Below, piece after piece: positions 27,922 through 37,258 of a stretch of 46,182 nt of DNA. The stretch is from sequence record SRR31156797_11237; one strand, 5' to 3'. The stretch's first letter is position 1. Every line of letters starts with the position of its first letter. The notes beneath the pieces are model-generated. The model ran no database searches, was not told the origin of the DNA, and saw only the letters and a program-made list of their open reading frames with translations. The translations under genes and the position numbers were made by a program.

Positions 27922-29427
27922 ATGTCTGAATTAGAACCCATTTTTTCTCTGCGCAATGTCAGCAAGCATTTTCCGGGCGTTAAAGCGTTGGACAATGTTC
28001 AGCTTGATCTCTATCCAGGGCAGGTGACAGCACTGATTGGTGAAAATGGTGCAGGTAAGTCTACGTTAGTCAAAGTGATGACTGGGATCCACGAAATCAC
28101 TGAAGGCCACTTAGAGTTGGATAACCAAACAATCGAATTAAAAACACCGGATGATGCGCGTGCGTTAGGTATTACCGCAATTCACCAGGAAACCGTGTTG
28201 TTTGATGAGCTGAGTGTTGCTGAAAACATCTTCGCTGGTAACTATATGCTTCACCCTTCAGGTCGACTCGACTGGAAAGGAATGGAAAAACGTGCTGATG
28301 AGATATTGAAATCTATCGATGCGCCAATTAATCCGAAAAAATTGTTGAAAGAATTAAGTATTGGTCAGCGCCATATGGTTGCGATTGCACGTGCGCTGTC
28401 ATTTGATGCAAGAGTGGTGGTATTGGATGAGCCAACCGCTGCACTGTCACACCGCGAGATTGAAGACTTTTATCAAATTGTCGAAAGACTAAAGAATAAA
28501 GGCTGTGCAATTTTGTTTATCAGTCATAAGTTCGATGAAATTTTCAGAATTGCAGACCGCTACAACATATTCCGTGATGGTTGCTACGTTGGTAGTGGCT
28601 TTATCAATCAAGTAGAAGAACAAGAACTGGTCGCCATGATGGTTGGCAGAACGATTGAAAACGCCTATCCGAAAATCGAAGTAGAAAGAGGCGTTAAACG
28701 TCTTGAAGTTAAACAGTTTAGTCACCCAACCGAGTTTGATGGTATCAATTTTGAACTGCACGAAGGTGAAATTTTAGGCTTTTACGGCCTTGTCGGCTCC
28801 GGTCGAACTGAGCTGATGCAATCCCTGTTTGGCATTACTAATGCCGCTAACGGTGAAATTCGAATTGACGACAACAAAGTGTCTATTCGTTCACCCAAAG
28901 ATGCAATTAACTCTGGCATCGTTTATGTCCCTGAGGAGCGTCAAAGTCAGGGGGTCGTTCTTGAGTTCCCAATCTATCAAAACATCAGCTTACCGAAACT
29001 CAGCGAAATCAATGACAATGGGCTTATTCACGAAGATGCAGAATATTCTCATGCCGATACCTACGCGCAGAAATTGCGGGTAAAAGCGCCTAACTGGTCA
29101 GAAAAAGTCGAGAATTTGTCCGGCGGTAACCAACAAAAAGTAGTGATAGGTAAATGGCTATCAACCAAACCGAAAGTAATCATTCTTGATGAACCTACCA
29201 AAGGTATTGATATCGGTTCGAAAGCTGCCGTCCATCAGTTTATGTCTGAGTTGGTACAAGAAGGCTTAGCGGTAATTATGGTCTCTTCCGAGTTGCCAGA
29301 AGTGATGGGCATGGCTGACCGAATCATTGTGATGCGTGAAGGTTTGATGGTCAAAGAATTCCAGCGTGAAGAATTTACTGCTGAAAACATCGTTGGAGCG
29401 GCGACAGGCCTAAGGAGTGCTTCATGA
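27922..29427 (+). CDS. Rhamnose ABC transporter ATP-binding protein (two ABC domains; RhaT-like)
   Basis: GENGAGKST, LDEPTAAL, ISHKFDE, LSGGNQQK, LDEPTKGID. Confidence 0.92.
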   Translation: MSELEPIFSLRNVSKHFPGVKALDNVQLDLYPGQVTALIGENGAGKSTLVKVMTGIHEITEGHLELDNQTIELKTPDDARALGITAIHQETVLFDELSVAENIFAGNYMLHPSGRLDWKGMEKRADEILKSIDAPINPKKLLKELSIGQRHMVAIARALSFDARVVVLDEPTAALSHREIEDFYQIVERLKNKGCAILFISHKFDEIFRIADRYNIFRDGCYVGSGFINQVEEQELVAMMVGRTIENAYPKIEVERGVKRLEVKQFSHPTEFDGINFELHEGEILGFYGLVGSGRTELMQSLFGITNAANGEIRIDDNKVSIRSPKDAINSGIVYVPEERQSQGVVLEFPIYQNISLPKLSEINDNGLIHEDAEYSHADTYAQKLRVKAPNWSEKVENLSGGNQQKVVIGKWLSTKPKVIILDEPTKGIDIGSKAAVHQFMSELVQEGLAVIMVSSELPEVMGMADRIIVMREGLMVKEFQREEFTAENIVGAATGLRSAS

Positions 29428-30404
29428 AAAGTTTACTAAAACAGAGGGAAGCGTTACTGGCGCTTGTTATCGTAGTTATTGTCGGCCTGATATCGGTCAT
29501 CGTCCCGGACTTTCTGGGCCTAGGTAATATGCTGTCGGTGTATAACGATACCTCGATCCTTATCATTCTGGCTCTGGGGCAGATGCTGGTCATTATTACC
29601 CGTTGTATCGACCTGTCTGTGGCAGCTAACGTTGCTTTAACAGGAATGGTGGTTGCCACACTGAACAATACCTATCCGGAAATGAGCGTGCCACTTATCA
29701 TTTTGATTGGTGCTTGTCTGGGGACAGTATTAGGCATGATTAATGGCTTTTTCGTTTGGAAAATGAATATTCCGGCGATTGTGGTCACTCTGGGTACCAT
29801 GAGTATTTATCGCGGTATTGTGTTCCTGATCAGTGATGGGGCATGGATTAACGCGCACCAAATGACAGAAACTTTCTTAAGCATTCCTCGCTCAAGTGTA
29901 CTTGGTTTACCGGTACTGAGCTGGTGTTCAATTTTTGCTATCGGTGCGGTGTATTACTTGATGCGTCATCGTCAATTAGGTCGCAAAGTGTATGCCGCAG
30001 GTAACAGCCCAACCGCAGCTTTCTACACAGGCATCGATGTAGGCAAAATTCAATTTGTTGCATTTACCATTTCGGGGTTATGTGCAGGTCTATCAAGTTA
30101 TCTATGGATCTCTCGTTACGCAGTTGCGTATGTCGATATTGCCAATGGTTTTGAACTACAAGTCGTCGCCGCGTGTGTTATTGGTGGAGTCAGTATCGCT
30201 GGTGGTACAGGTACAGTTCTGGGTTGTGTATTAGGGGCGATATTCCTTGGTGTGATTAACAACGCACTGCCTGTTATTGGTGTCTCTCCATTTTGGCAAA
30301 TGGCCATTTCGGGTTCGGTCATTATTATTGCCGTTGTCGCCAATTCTCGTTCGGAGCGCAAGCTTGGACGCATCATCTTGAGAAAAGCGGTGCAGAACGC
30401 GTAG
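29424..30404 (+). CDS. Rhamnose ABC transporter permease (RhaP-like)
   Basis: IDLSVA, IVVTLG, GFELQVVAACVIGG; ATGA overlap with the upstream stop. Confidence 0.9.
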   Translation: MKSLLKQREALLALVIVVIVGLISVIVPDFLGLGNMLSVYNDTSILIILALGQMLVIITRCIDLSVAANVALTGMVVATLNNTYPEMSVPLIILIGACLGTVLGMINGFFVWKMNIPAIVVTLGTMSIYRGIVFLISDGAWINAHQMTETFLSIPRSSVLGLPVLSWCSIFAIGAVYYLMRHRQLGRKVYAAGNSPTAAFYTGIDVGKIQFVAFTISGLCAGLSSYLWISRYAVAYVDIANGFELQVVAACVIGGVSIAGGTGTVLGCVLGAIFLGVINNALPVIGVSPFWQMAISGSVIIIAVVANSRSERKLGRIILRKAVQNA

Positions 30405-30428
30405 CCGGAGCCGATGGGAGATTGAATT

Positions 30429-31439
30429 ATGGAAAACGTAAATAACAACTTGTTGAACAATGAAATGAAGCCAAAGTCCAAAACGACATGGTTATCTAAC
30501 CTAAAGTCATGGGAAGGATTTTTGCTACTCACTGTGGTGTTTGTCTTTATTCTCAACTGTTTCGCATCACCGTATTTCTTAGACCCTTGGTCTTTGTCAG
30601 ACGCGACGTTTAACTTCACCGAAAAAGCGATTATTGCTCTGCCTTTGGCGTTGGTGATTATCGTCCGAGAAATTGATATTTCGGTGGCAGCGATCATTGC
30701 TCTTTGTTCGGTTGCGATGGGGATGGTGGCTCAGCAGGGCTTCGGCGTAGAGATTGTCTGCTTAACCGGTTTAGTGGTTGGTACGCTTTGTGGTTTGTTT
30801 AATGGCCTGTTAGTGACTCGCATGAACATTCCTTCGATTGTGGTCACTATCGGTACCATGAGCCTGTTCCGTGGTATTGCGTATATCGTGTTAGGCGATA
30901 AAGCGATTCGTGAATATCCGGATGGTTTCGACTTCTTTGGTCAGGGCTATGTCTATTCATACTTTAGTTTTGAATTTGTCTTCTTCTTAGTGATGGCAGT
31001 GGTGTCCTACTTCCTGCTACAAAGAAGTAACTTTGGCCGCCGCACCTATGCGATTGGTAACAACCCTACTGCAGCTTATTACTCAGGCATCAATGTTCAG
31101 GGGCATAAACTGCTGTTGTTTGCTCTGGTTGGTCTGTTTAGCGGTATCGCTTCGATTATGTTGACTTCTCGTCTAGGCAGTACGCGTCCAACCATCGCGA
31201 TGGGTTGGGAGCTGAACATCGTCACTATGGTGGTCTTAGGTGGCGTTAGCATCATGGGTGGCTCAGGCACAATCGTTGGGGTAGTTCTGTCGATATTCTT
31301 AATGGGATTAGTAACCACAGGATTAGGCCTGCTAAACGTTCCGGGTATCGTTATGTCGATCATCATCGGCATGATGTTAATCAGTGTAATTGCTTGTCCG
31401 GTTATCCTGAAGCGCTTGGCTAATAAAAAGAAAGCGTAA
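30429..31439 (+). CDS. Rhamnose ABC transporter permease (RhaQ-like)
   Basis: EIDISV, IVVTIGT, YAIGNN, GWELNIVTMVVLGG. Confidence 0.9.
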   Translation: MENVNNNLLNNEMKPKSKTTWLSNLKSWEGFLLLTVVFVFILNCFASPYFLDPWSLSDATFNFTEKAIIALPLALVIIVREIDISVAAIIALCSVAMGMVAQQGFGVEIVCLTGLVVGTLCGLFNGLLVTRMNIPSIVVTIGTMSLFRGIAYIVLGDKAIREYPDGFDFFGQGYVYSYFSFEFVFFLVMAVVSYFLLQRSNFGRRTYAIGNNPTAAYYSGINVQGHKLLLFALVGLFSGIASIMLTSRLGSTRPTIAMGWELNIVTMVVLGGVSIMGGSGTIVGVVLSIFLMGLVTTGLGLLNVPGIVMSIIIGMMLISVIACPVILKRLANKKKA

Positions 31440-31516
31440 TTTGAGTGCGGTGGGCTGTAACGTTGGCTCACCGCGAATGAAAGAGATCTCAACATCTCAA
31501 TGTAAAGGAAGTTTTC

Positions 31517-32341
31517 ATGAAAACCATACAACCGAATGAAGCCGTATTGGATGAAATCAGTAAAGTTTCAGAGGTCGGCGAATATCTGTGGCAACGCGAG
31601 TGGGCAGAGAGAAATGGCGGTAACATCTCTGTTGATGTGACAGAAATTTTTGGAGAAGTACCCCAAGATTTGTCCGGATTTGCACATAACATTCTTAAAT
31701 CAGTCGGTGAATTTGCTTTTCCTAAAGAGAGTGCAGGGCACATATTCTTTGTTAAAGGCACAGGGCAACGTATTCGGGAACTGCGTAATCCTGAAAAGGC
31801 GGGTTGTATCTTACGAATTGATGATGAAGCGAAAGGCTACCATATCCTTTGGGGAGGCAACGGTGATGAAACCTTTGCACCAACCAGTGAATTCATTTCA
31901 CATGTGGAAATCATCATGTCGAAAATCAAACAGGGCTCCAAGGATCGCTGTGTGGTTCATACCCATCCATTGGAGTTGATTGCACTATCTCATCATTCCG
32001 ATTATGGCCATAACGAAGAAGAGTACACTCATGTGTGCTGGCAGATGATTCCTGAAGTGAGAGCGTTTGTTCCCCGTGGCATCGGTATTGTGCCTTACTG
32101 CATGCCAGGCAGTCAGACTATGGCAAATGGCACGACGGAGAAGCTACTTAAGCATGATGTGGCCATTTGGGAAAAACATGGTGCTGTAGCAACCGGTAAG
32201 GATGCATTAGAAGCATTCGATTATGTCGATGTGGCCAATAAAGGCGCGAAGTTATTCCTGATGTGTTTATCTAGTGGCTATGTCCCAGAAGGCGTGAGTA
32301 AAAAAGACATGCAGGAACTGAAAGAGACATTTGGTTTATAG
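31517..32341 (+). CDS. rhaD: Rhamnulose-1-phosphate aldolase
   Basis: WAERNGGNIS, PTSE, HTHP and WEKHG Zn-binding motifs; last gene of the rha operon. Confidence 0.93.
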   Translation: MKTIQPNEAVLDEISKVSEVGEYLWQREWAERNGGNISVDVTEIFGEVPQDLSGFAHNILKSVGEFAFPKESAGHIFFVKGTGQRIRELRNPEKAGCILRIDDEAKGYHILWGGNGDETFAPTSEFISHVEIIMSKIKQGSKDRCVVHTHPLELIALSHHSDYGHNEEEYTHVCWQMIPEVRAFVPRGIGIVPYCMPGSQTMANGTTEKLLKHDVAIWEKHGAVATGKDALEAFDYVDVANKGAKLFLMCLSSGYVPEGVSKKDMQELKETFGL

Positions 32342-32377
32342 CAATCGTTGAGTGTAGTGGGTTAAACCCCAGCAGTT

Positions 32378-32406
32378 AGCCTCAGTCTTCGACTGAGGCT
32401 TTTTTT
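32378..32406 (+). terminator. Intrinsic terminator of the rha operon, overlapping the 3' end of the convergent gene
   Basis: AGCCTCAGTC-TTC-GACTGAGGCT followed by a T run. Confidence 0.85.
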
Positions 32407-32657
32407 GTGTCAGTGTCTAGTTGAACCCATTTTAGTTGGCCGTTAGTTTCAAACTTATTGGCCGCCTGACAAATCATGTACAGCTCACCGACTTGCAATA
32501 AAGCACCTTCTGAGTAGGCTTGATCCTGATAATAACAAACTCGCTTAACGACATCACCATTGACCACAACTGGCGCGGCTGCGGGTATAGAGACCGTTTT
32601 TGCCACAGCGAATGGGCAGATAAAGAGTACGCAGCAAGTTAAAAATTTGTTCATCAT
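32382..32657 (-). CDS. Small exported protein (DUF1496/YnjH-like)
   Basis: Signal peptide; CYYQDQAYSEGA...C...W pattern. Confidence 0.75.
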   Translation of the reverse strand: MMNKFLTCCVLFICPFAVAKTVSIPAAAPVVVNGDVVKRVCYYQDQAYSEGALLQVGELYMICQAANKFETNGQLKWVQLDTDTKKASVED

Positions 32658-32678
32658 TTTCTTCCTTTACAGCCAGAA

Positions 32679-33575
32679 TTACAGTTCTAATAAGCGCTGG
32701 TAACGAGGCAACATACTCTCATTACCCAATAGCCCACCTTGATGAATATAGATGACGGATGGTTGATTTTCTTGTTCAAACCAAGGAGACAAGCAGCGCC
32801 ACATCAAAGGATCGTAGAGTAAATCAAACTCAACATGCGTTTGTTCCAGTAGCTGAAGCCAAATCTGATAGTCTTCTTTATACAGGTGTCCGAAGTAATG
32901 TTTGTTAGGCAATGACAATATTTCCGGATGGTGGGATTCACCCAATTCATTAAATTGTTCGATTAAGTATTCTGCTCCACCGACACATGCACAGGTTAAA
33001 ACACGAATGTTATGGGGTGACAGTGCTTTGTGTAAGTACAAAGCCGTAGTGCCGGTTCCTGCAGGCAAAGCAATACACCATTCCTGCTTCGGCTGCATTC
33101 TGATCCATTCTAACAACTCCGTTGCGAGTTGCTTTACCCCTAACTCAGCCAGAGTAAAACGCCCACCTTCGGGCACGTAGAGGCATTGGTCATCGGGTTT
33201 GCGTATCTGAGAGATATGTTCCGCCGGATGCAAACCACTGATTGGACGGGTTTCAATAATCGTCGCGCCAAGTTCCAGCGCGCCTCGGTAGTTTCCTATT
33301 GGGTTTTGCTTCAACCAGTTTGGAATATGATCGACGTAAAACTCCAATTGCCAACCTCGAATGTTGGCGAGTGCTGCCATAGAGTAAAGCGAATTCGCCT
33401 GCGCGGAGCCATAACCAAGCAGGGTATTGACTTGCGGAGCCTCGATGTCGAGTAACGCCATAAACTTACGCGCTTTGTTACCACTAAATTGACTGTGTAA
33501 TTGGTCATCACGTTTTAGATAAAAACGATGACCGTTGAACTGATGCTCGGTAATAGGGCTTTGGGCTAGTTTCAT
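32679..33575 (-). CDS. PLP enzyme of the ACC deaminase / D-cysteine desulfhydrase family
   Basis: LKRDD...SGNKARK (PLP Lys), VPEGG, AGTGTT, FDLLYD, IHQGG. Confidence 0.88.
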   Translation of the reverse strand: MKLAQSPITEHQFNGHRFYLKRDDQLHSQFSGNKARKFMALLDIEAPQVNTLLGYGSAQANSLYSMAALANIRGWQLEFYVDHIPNWLKQNPIGNYRGALELGATIIETRPISGLHPAEHISQIRKPDDQCLYVPEGGRFTLAELGVKQLATELLEWIRMQPKQEWCIALPAGTGTTALYLHKALSPHNIRVLTCACVGGAEYLIEQFNELGESHHPEILSLPNKHYFGHLYKEDYQIWLQLLEQTHVEFDLLYDPLMWRCLSPWFEQENQPSVIYIHQGGLLGNESMLPRYQRLLEL

Positions 33576-33709
33576 GAAAATGAGTGGTTAGGTGCACATA
33601 GTGGGCGGGATTATATACCTAAGTTGCTCTTAAATGCAGGTTTGACCGTTGATCGGGCGCTGTAGATTGTGGTTTAGGTCGGAGAAAAAATAACGCGATT
33701 CCGTTTGTT

Positions 33710-33844
33710 AAAAAAAAAGCCCAGAACATAGAGAACTGGGCTGATACAAAAAAATAGGAGTTAATTAGAAAAGCAGTGGTTTGGTACTGTTAGTTAAAAA
33801 AGCAGTTCGACGGCCGTGAAACTCTTAATGCGCTAACTGTGTAC
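33710..33844 (-). ncRNA. vrrA: VrrA-like sigma-E-dependent small RNA (about 135 nt)
   Basis: Between the ACC-deaminase-like gene and the TetR gene, as for V. cholerae vrrA; sigma-E promoter upstream; GAGTTTCACGGCCGTC, seed CCACTGCTTTTCT, ATTAACTCCTAT; terminator AGCCCAG...CTGGGC plus U tract; 5' end estimated from promoter spacing. Confidence 0.88.
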
Positions 33845-33850
33845 ATAAAT

Positions 33851-33877
33851 TCAGACCGGAGGGTTGCTATTTAGTTC
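33851..33877 (-). promoter_or_regulatory. Sigma-E (RpoE) promoter of vrrA
   Basis: Minus strand GAACTA-N16-TCTGA versus consensus GAACTT-N16-TCTRA. Confidence 0.85.
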
Positions 33878-34028
33878 CACGATTAACGAAAAAATTAGAA
33901 TATTTTTTATAGAGAAGCGCTTTCAATAACTTAATCGGCTTCTGAACGTTGCTCTGGTGCATTTAGTTCATTGTCGCTTAGAAATGTGATGTTGCGCGGT
34001 TGTTAATTTATTGTGTCGAATGTATATT

Positions 34029-34044
34029 TCAAACAGGTGTTTGA
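34029..34044. promoter_or_regulatory. PsrA-type operator upstream of psrA-fadE
   Basis: Perfect dyad TCAAACA-GG-TGTTTGA matching CAAAC-N4-GTTTG. Confidence 0.75.
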
Positions 34045-34073
34045 TTTAAAGATTAGGTGCAGGTAGCCGCTCC

Positions 34074-34703
34074 ATGATGTTAAAAAGCAGTACCAAAGAG
34101 AAAATATTAAACGTAGCCGAAGGTTTGTTTGCTGAGCAGGGGTTCAAGGATACCTCGCTGCGCACCATTACCAGTAAAGCGGGGGTTAACTTAGCATCGG
34201 TGAATTATCACTTTGGTGATAAGAAAACCTTAGTGCGAGCGGTACTGAACCGCTATCTGGAAGCTTTTATGCCGGAAGTTCATAACGCACTGATTGGACT
34301 CAATCAGAGAGACTCATACAGCATGGAAGATGTGTTTGAATCGTTGCGCGAACCGTTAAAAAACTTAAGTAAGGTCAACAGCAATGGCACTAGCCGCTTT
34401 ATGTTGCTGATTGGTCGAGGTTATACCGATGTTCAGGGCCACTTGCGCTGGTTTATCACCACACGTTACAGCGAAACGCTCAATCTATTTACCCAATCTG
34501 TGATGAAGGCAAACCCTGAATTAACCAAGGAGGCACTGTTCTGGAGACTACACTTTACGTTAGGAACCTGTGTTTTCACTATGGCTTCCAGTAAAGCACT
34601 AGCGGAAATTGCGGAAAATGATTTTGGAAGTAAGGTCGATGCAAAAGTCGTTGTCGACCAGATCATTCCATACCTTGCTGCGGGCGTAGCAGCAAAAATA
34701 TAA
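34074..34703 (+). CDS. psrA: TetR-family regulator, PsrA-like (fatty-acid degradation)
   Basis: TKEKILNVAEGLFAEQGF, TSLRTIT, VNLASVNYHFG, FWRLHFTLG; upstream PsrA box, downstream fadE. Confidence 0.85.
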   Translation: MMLKSSTKEKILNVAEGLFAEQGFKDTSLRTITSKAGVNLASVNYHFGDKKTLVRAVLNRYLEAFMPEVHNALIGLNQRDSYSMEDVFESLREPLKNLSKVNSNGTSRFMLLIGRGYTDVQGHLRWFITTRYSETLNLFTQSVMKANPELTKEALFWRLHFTLGTCVFTMASSKALAEIAENDFGSKVDAKVVVDQIIPYLAAGVAAKI

Positions 34704-34798
34704 ACAAAAAGGCCAACAGGCCAAAAATAATAATAAAGAATAAATCCAAGTAGCTTTATACCCATGGGTATAACAAACGTGAACAAAAGGATCTGACA

Positions 34799-37081
34799 AT
34801 GAGCTCTCTACGTAGAAAATGGATAAGCGACCCCGCTTTCAAGCTATTCAAAAAAGTGCTTCCACCTCTCTCCAGTACAGAGAAAGAGGCGATGGAAGCG
34901 GGTAGCGTATGGTGGGACGGTGAGCTTTTCTCTGGTAATCCAGATTTTACCAAGTTGCACCATTACCCTAAACCAACCCTGAGTGAAGAAGAACAGTCGT
35001 TTATCGATAACGAGCTGGAAACCTTACTTGCGATGCTCGATGACCACAAAATTGTTAAGGAAGACAGAGACCTTCCAAAAGATGTGTGGAACTTCATTCG
35101 CAAGGAACGCTTTTTCTCTTTGAATATCTCAAAAGAGTATGGCGGCCGTGATTTTTCAGCCTTAGCCAACTCGACTATTGTGTCTCGAATTGCTACTCGC
35201 AGTATCAGTACCGCTGTTACTGTCATGGTGCCAAACTCACTGGGGCCGGGTGAGCTTTTGTCTCATTACGGCACTCAAGAGCAAAAAGACTACTGGTTAC
35301 CCCGTTTGGCGGACGGTACTGATATTCCTTGTTTTGCACTCACAGGCCCAGAAGCAGGCTCTGACGCTGGTGGTATTCCTGACCAAGGTGTTGTTTGTTA
35401 TGGCAAACATGAAGGAAAAGAAGTGCTTGGTATCCGTTTGAGCTGGAATAAACGCTATATCACTTTAGCGCCAGTTTCTACTGTATTGGGTTTGGCATTT
35501 AAGCTGAAAGATCCAGACCAACTACTGGGTGACAAAGAAGATATTGGTATCACGTGTGCGCTAATTCCAGCCGACCATGAAGGGGTCGTGATTGGTGAAC
35601 GCCATGACCCGCTTGGTTCCGCATTTATGAATGGTCCGACACGCGGCGAAGATGTGTTTATCCCAATGGATTGGCTCATCGGCGGTGCAGATTACGCAGG
35701 CAAAGGCTGGCGAATGCTGGTGGAGTGTTTGTCTGCGGGTCGAGGTATTTCGCTTCCGGCGCTGGGTGCTGCGATTGGTCACCTTACTTCACGTACCACA
35801 GGTGCTTACTCGTATGTACGTAAACAATTTGGTATGCCGATTGGTAAGTTTGAAGGTGTAGCAGAGGCGTTAGGCCGTATTGGTGGTTTAACTTATTTGT
35901 TAGAAGCAACACGAACGCTAACGACGACTTCATTAGACTTGAAAGAGAAACCCGGGATTGTTACTGCGATTGCTAAATATCACATGACAGAAATTGCCCG
36001 TACGATTCTCAATGATTCAATGGATATCCATTCTGGTCGCGCGATTCAGGATGGCCCAATGAACTATCTGGCATCGCATTACCTGGGTATTCCGGTTGCG
36101 ATTACGGTTGAAGGGGCAAACATCCTCACTCGTAATTTGATGATCTTTGGTCAAGGTGCAACACGCTGTCACCCATATGTTCTAAAAGAGATGGAAGCGG
36201 CGGCGAACCCTGATGAAAAAGAAGGGGCGAAACAGTTTGATGAGCTGCTGTTCAAGCATATTGGTCATGGTACTAAAAATACCTTCGGTGCGCTGTTTGC
36301 GGCTTTAACTGGCTCTCGATTCATTAAAGCGGATATGAGTGGGCCGACTAAACAGTACTACAAGCATTTGACACGTTTAAGTCGCGCTTTGGCAGTGAGT
36401 TCTGATTTCGCCATGTTAACCTTAGGTGGTGATCTCAAACGTAAAGAGATGATCTCTGCACGTTTAGGTGATGGTTTGAGTTACTTGTACATGGCTTCTG
36501 CGGTACTGAAAAAGTACGAAGATGATGGTCGCCAACAAGCAGACTTGAATTATGTTCATTACGCGATTCAACACTGTTTCTACCATGCTGCCAAATCACT
36601 GAATGAAGTTTACCGCAACTATCCTATGAAAGGTGTAGGTCGATTGCTGAAAGGGTTGTTGTTCCCGCTGGGTAATCATTTTGAGTTGCCGAGTACCGAT
36701 TTAACTCTGGATGTGGCGAAAAGCATTATGACTCCGGGTGCTCACCGTGATCGTTTAACTCACCTTTGTTACATCGGTGAGAGTGAAGATGACAGTGTAG
36801 GTTTGATGGAGCGAGCATTCGTGACGCTATACAGCGTTCATGGGTTGGAAAGAAAACTGTTACGTGGCATTAAAGAAGGAAAGATTGCCCGTAAAGCGGC
36901 ACTTGCGGATAAACTGCTTCAAGCCAAAGAAAGCGGTGTACTGACTGCTGAAGAAGTTGATTCCATTCTGGAAGCAGAAAAGCTGCGCTACAAAGCGATT
37001 CAGGTGGATCATTTTAGCCATGATTTTTCACAAGTTTTGACCAATCAAACGGCTAAACCTAAGCTAAATAACGTAGCTTGA
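34799..37081 (+). CDS. fadE: Acyl-CoA dehydrogenase (FadE-type, lacking the N-terminal TM anchor)
   Basis: VMVPNSLGPGELL, CFALTGPEAGSDA, WNKRYITLAP, ECLSAGRGISLP, ITVEGANILTR. Confidence 0.93.
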   Translation: MSSLRRKWISDPAFKLFKKVLPPLSSTEKEAMEAGSVWWDGELFSGNPDFTKLHHYPKPTLSEEEQSFIDNELETLLAMLDDHKIVKEDRDLPKDVWNFIRKERFFSLNISKEYGGRDFSALANSTIVSRIATRSISTAVTVMVPNSLGPGELLSHYGTQEQKDYWLPRLADGTDIPCFALTGPEAGSDAGGIPDQGVVCYGKHEGKEVLGIRLSWNKRYITLAPVSTVLGLAFKLKDPDQLLGDKEDIGITCALIPADHEGVVIGERHDPLGSAFMNGPTRGEDVFIPMDWLIGGADYAGKGWRMLVECLSAGRGISLPALGAAIGHLTSRTTGAYSYVRKQFGMPIGKFEGVAEALGRIGGLTYLLEATRTLTTTSLDLKEKPGIVTAIAKYHMTEIARTILNDSMDIHSGRAIQDGPMNYLASHYLGIPVAITVEGANILTRNLMIFGQGATRCHPYVLKEMEAAANPDEKEGAKQFDELLFKHIGHGTKNTFGALFAALTGSRFIKADMSGPTKQYYKHLTRLSRALAVSSDFAMLTLGGDLKRKEMISARLGDGLSYLYMASAVLKKYEDDGRQQADLNYVHYAIQHCFYHAAKSLNEVYRNYPMKGVGRLLKGLLFPLGNHFELPSTDLTLDVAKSIMTPGAHRDRLTHLCYIGESEDDSVGLMERAFVTLYSVHGLERKLLRGIKEGKIARKAALADKLLQAKESGVLTAEEVDSILEAEKLRYKAIQVDHFSHDFSQVLTNQTAKPKLNNVA

Positions 37082-37104
37082 AGGTAACAATTGACACTCA
37101 CATT

Positions 37105-37132
37105 AGAAGGCTTCCATGGTGAAGCCTTCTTT
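37105..37132 (+). terminator. Terminator after fadE
   Basis: AGAAGGCTTC-CATGGT-GAAGCCTTCT-TT. Confidence 0.7.
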
Positions 37133-37258
37133 GCTTGGGTAAGAAAAGAGCAAAGCAGTGCTCCAACCACTTGCAAAATATGCGTATTTTTAAAGAAATA
37201 GGATGCGAATTGTGGTTGAAACTTTTATCCTAGCGAAGATTTTTGAAGGAAGTTGAAT

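Noticed and set aside
30116-30697. 193-aa antisense ORF, and the other short ORFs overlapping called genes (e.g. 26118-26534, 31097-31531, 41589-42101)
   Set aside because: Shadow frames of well-supported genes with no recognisable motifs
31467-31474. CTCACCGC matching the tRNA-Ser 3' end as a possible attR
   Set aside because: Only 8 nt, lies inside the rha operon and is one arm of an intercistronic hairpin; expected by chance
33985-34000. CRP site upstream of psrA (TGTGA-N6-GCGGT)
   Set aside because: Good left half but a poor right half; not supportable from sequence alone
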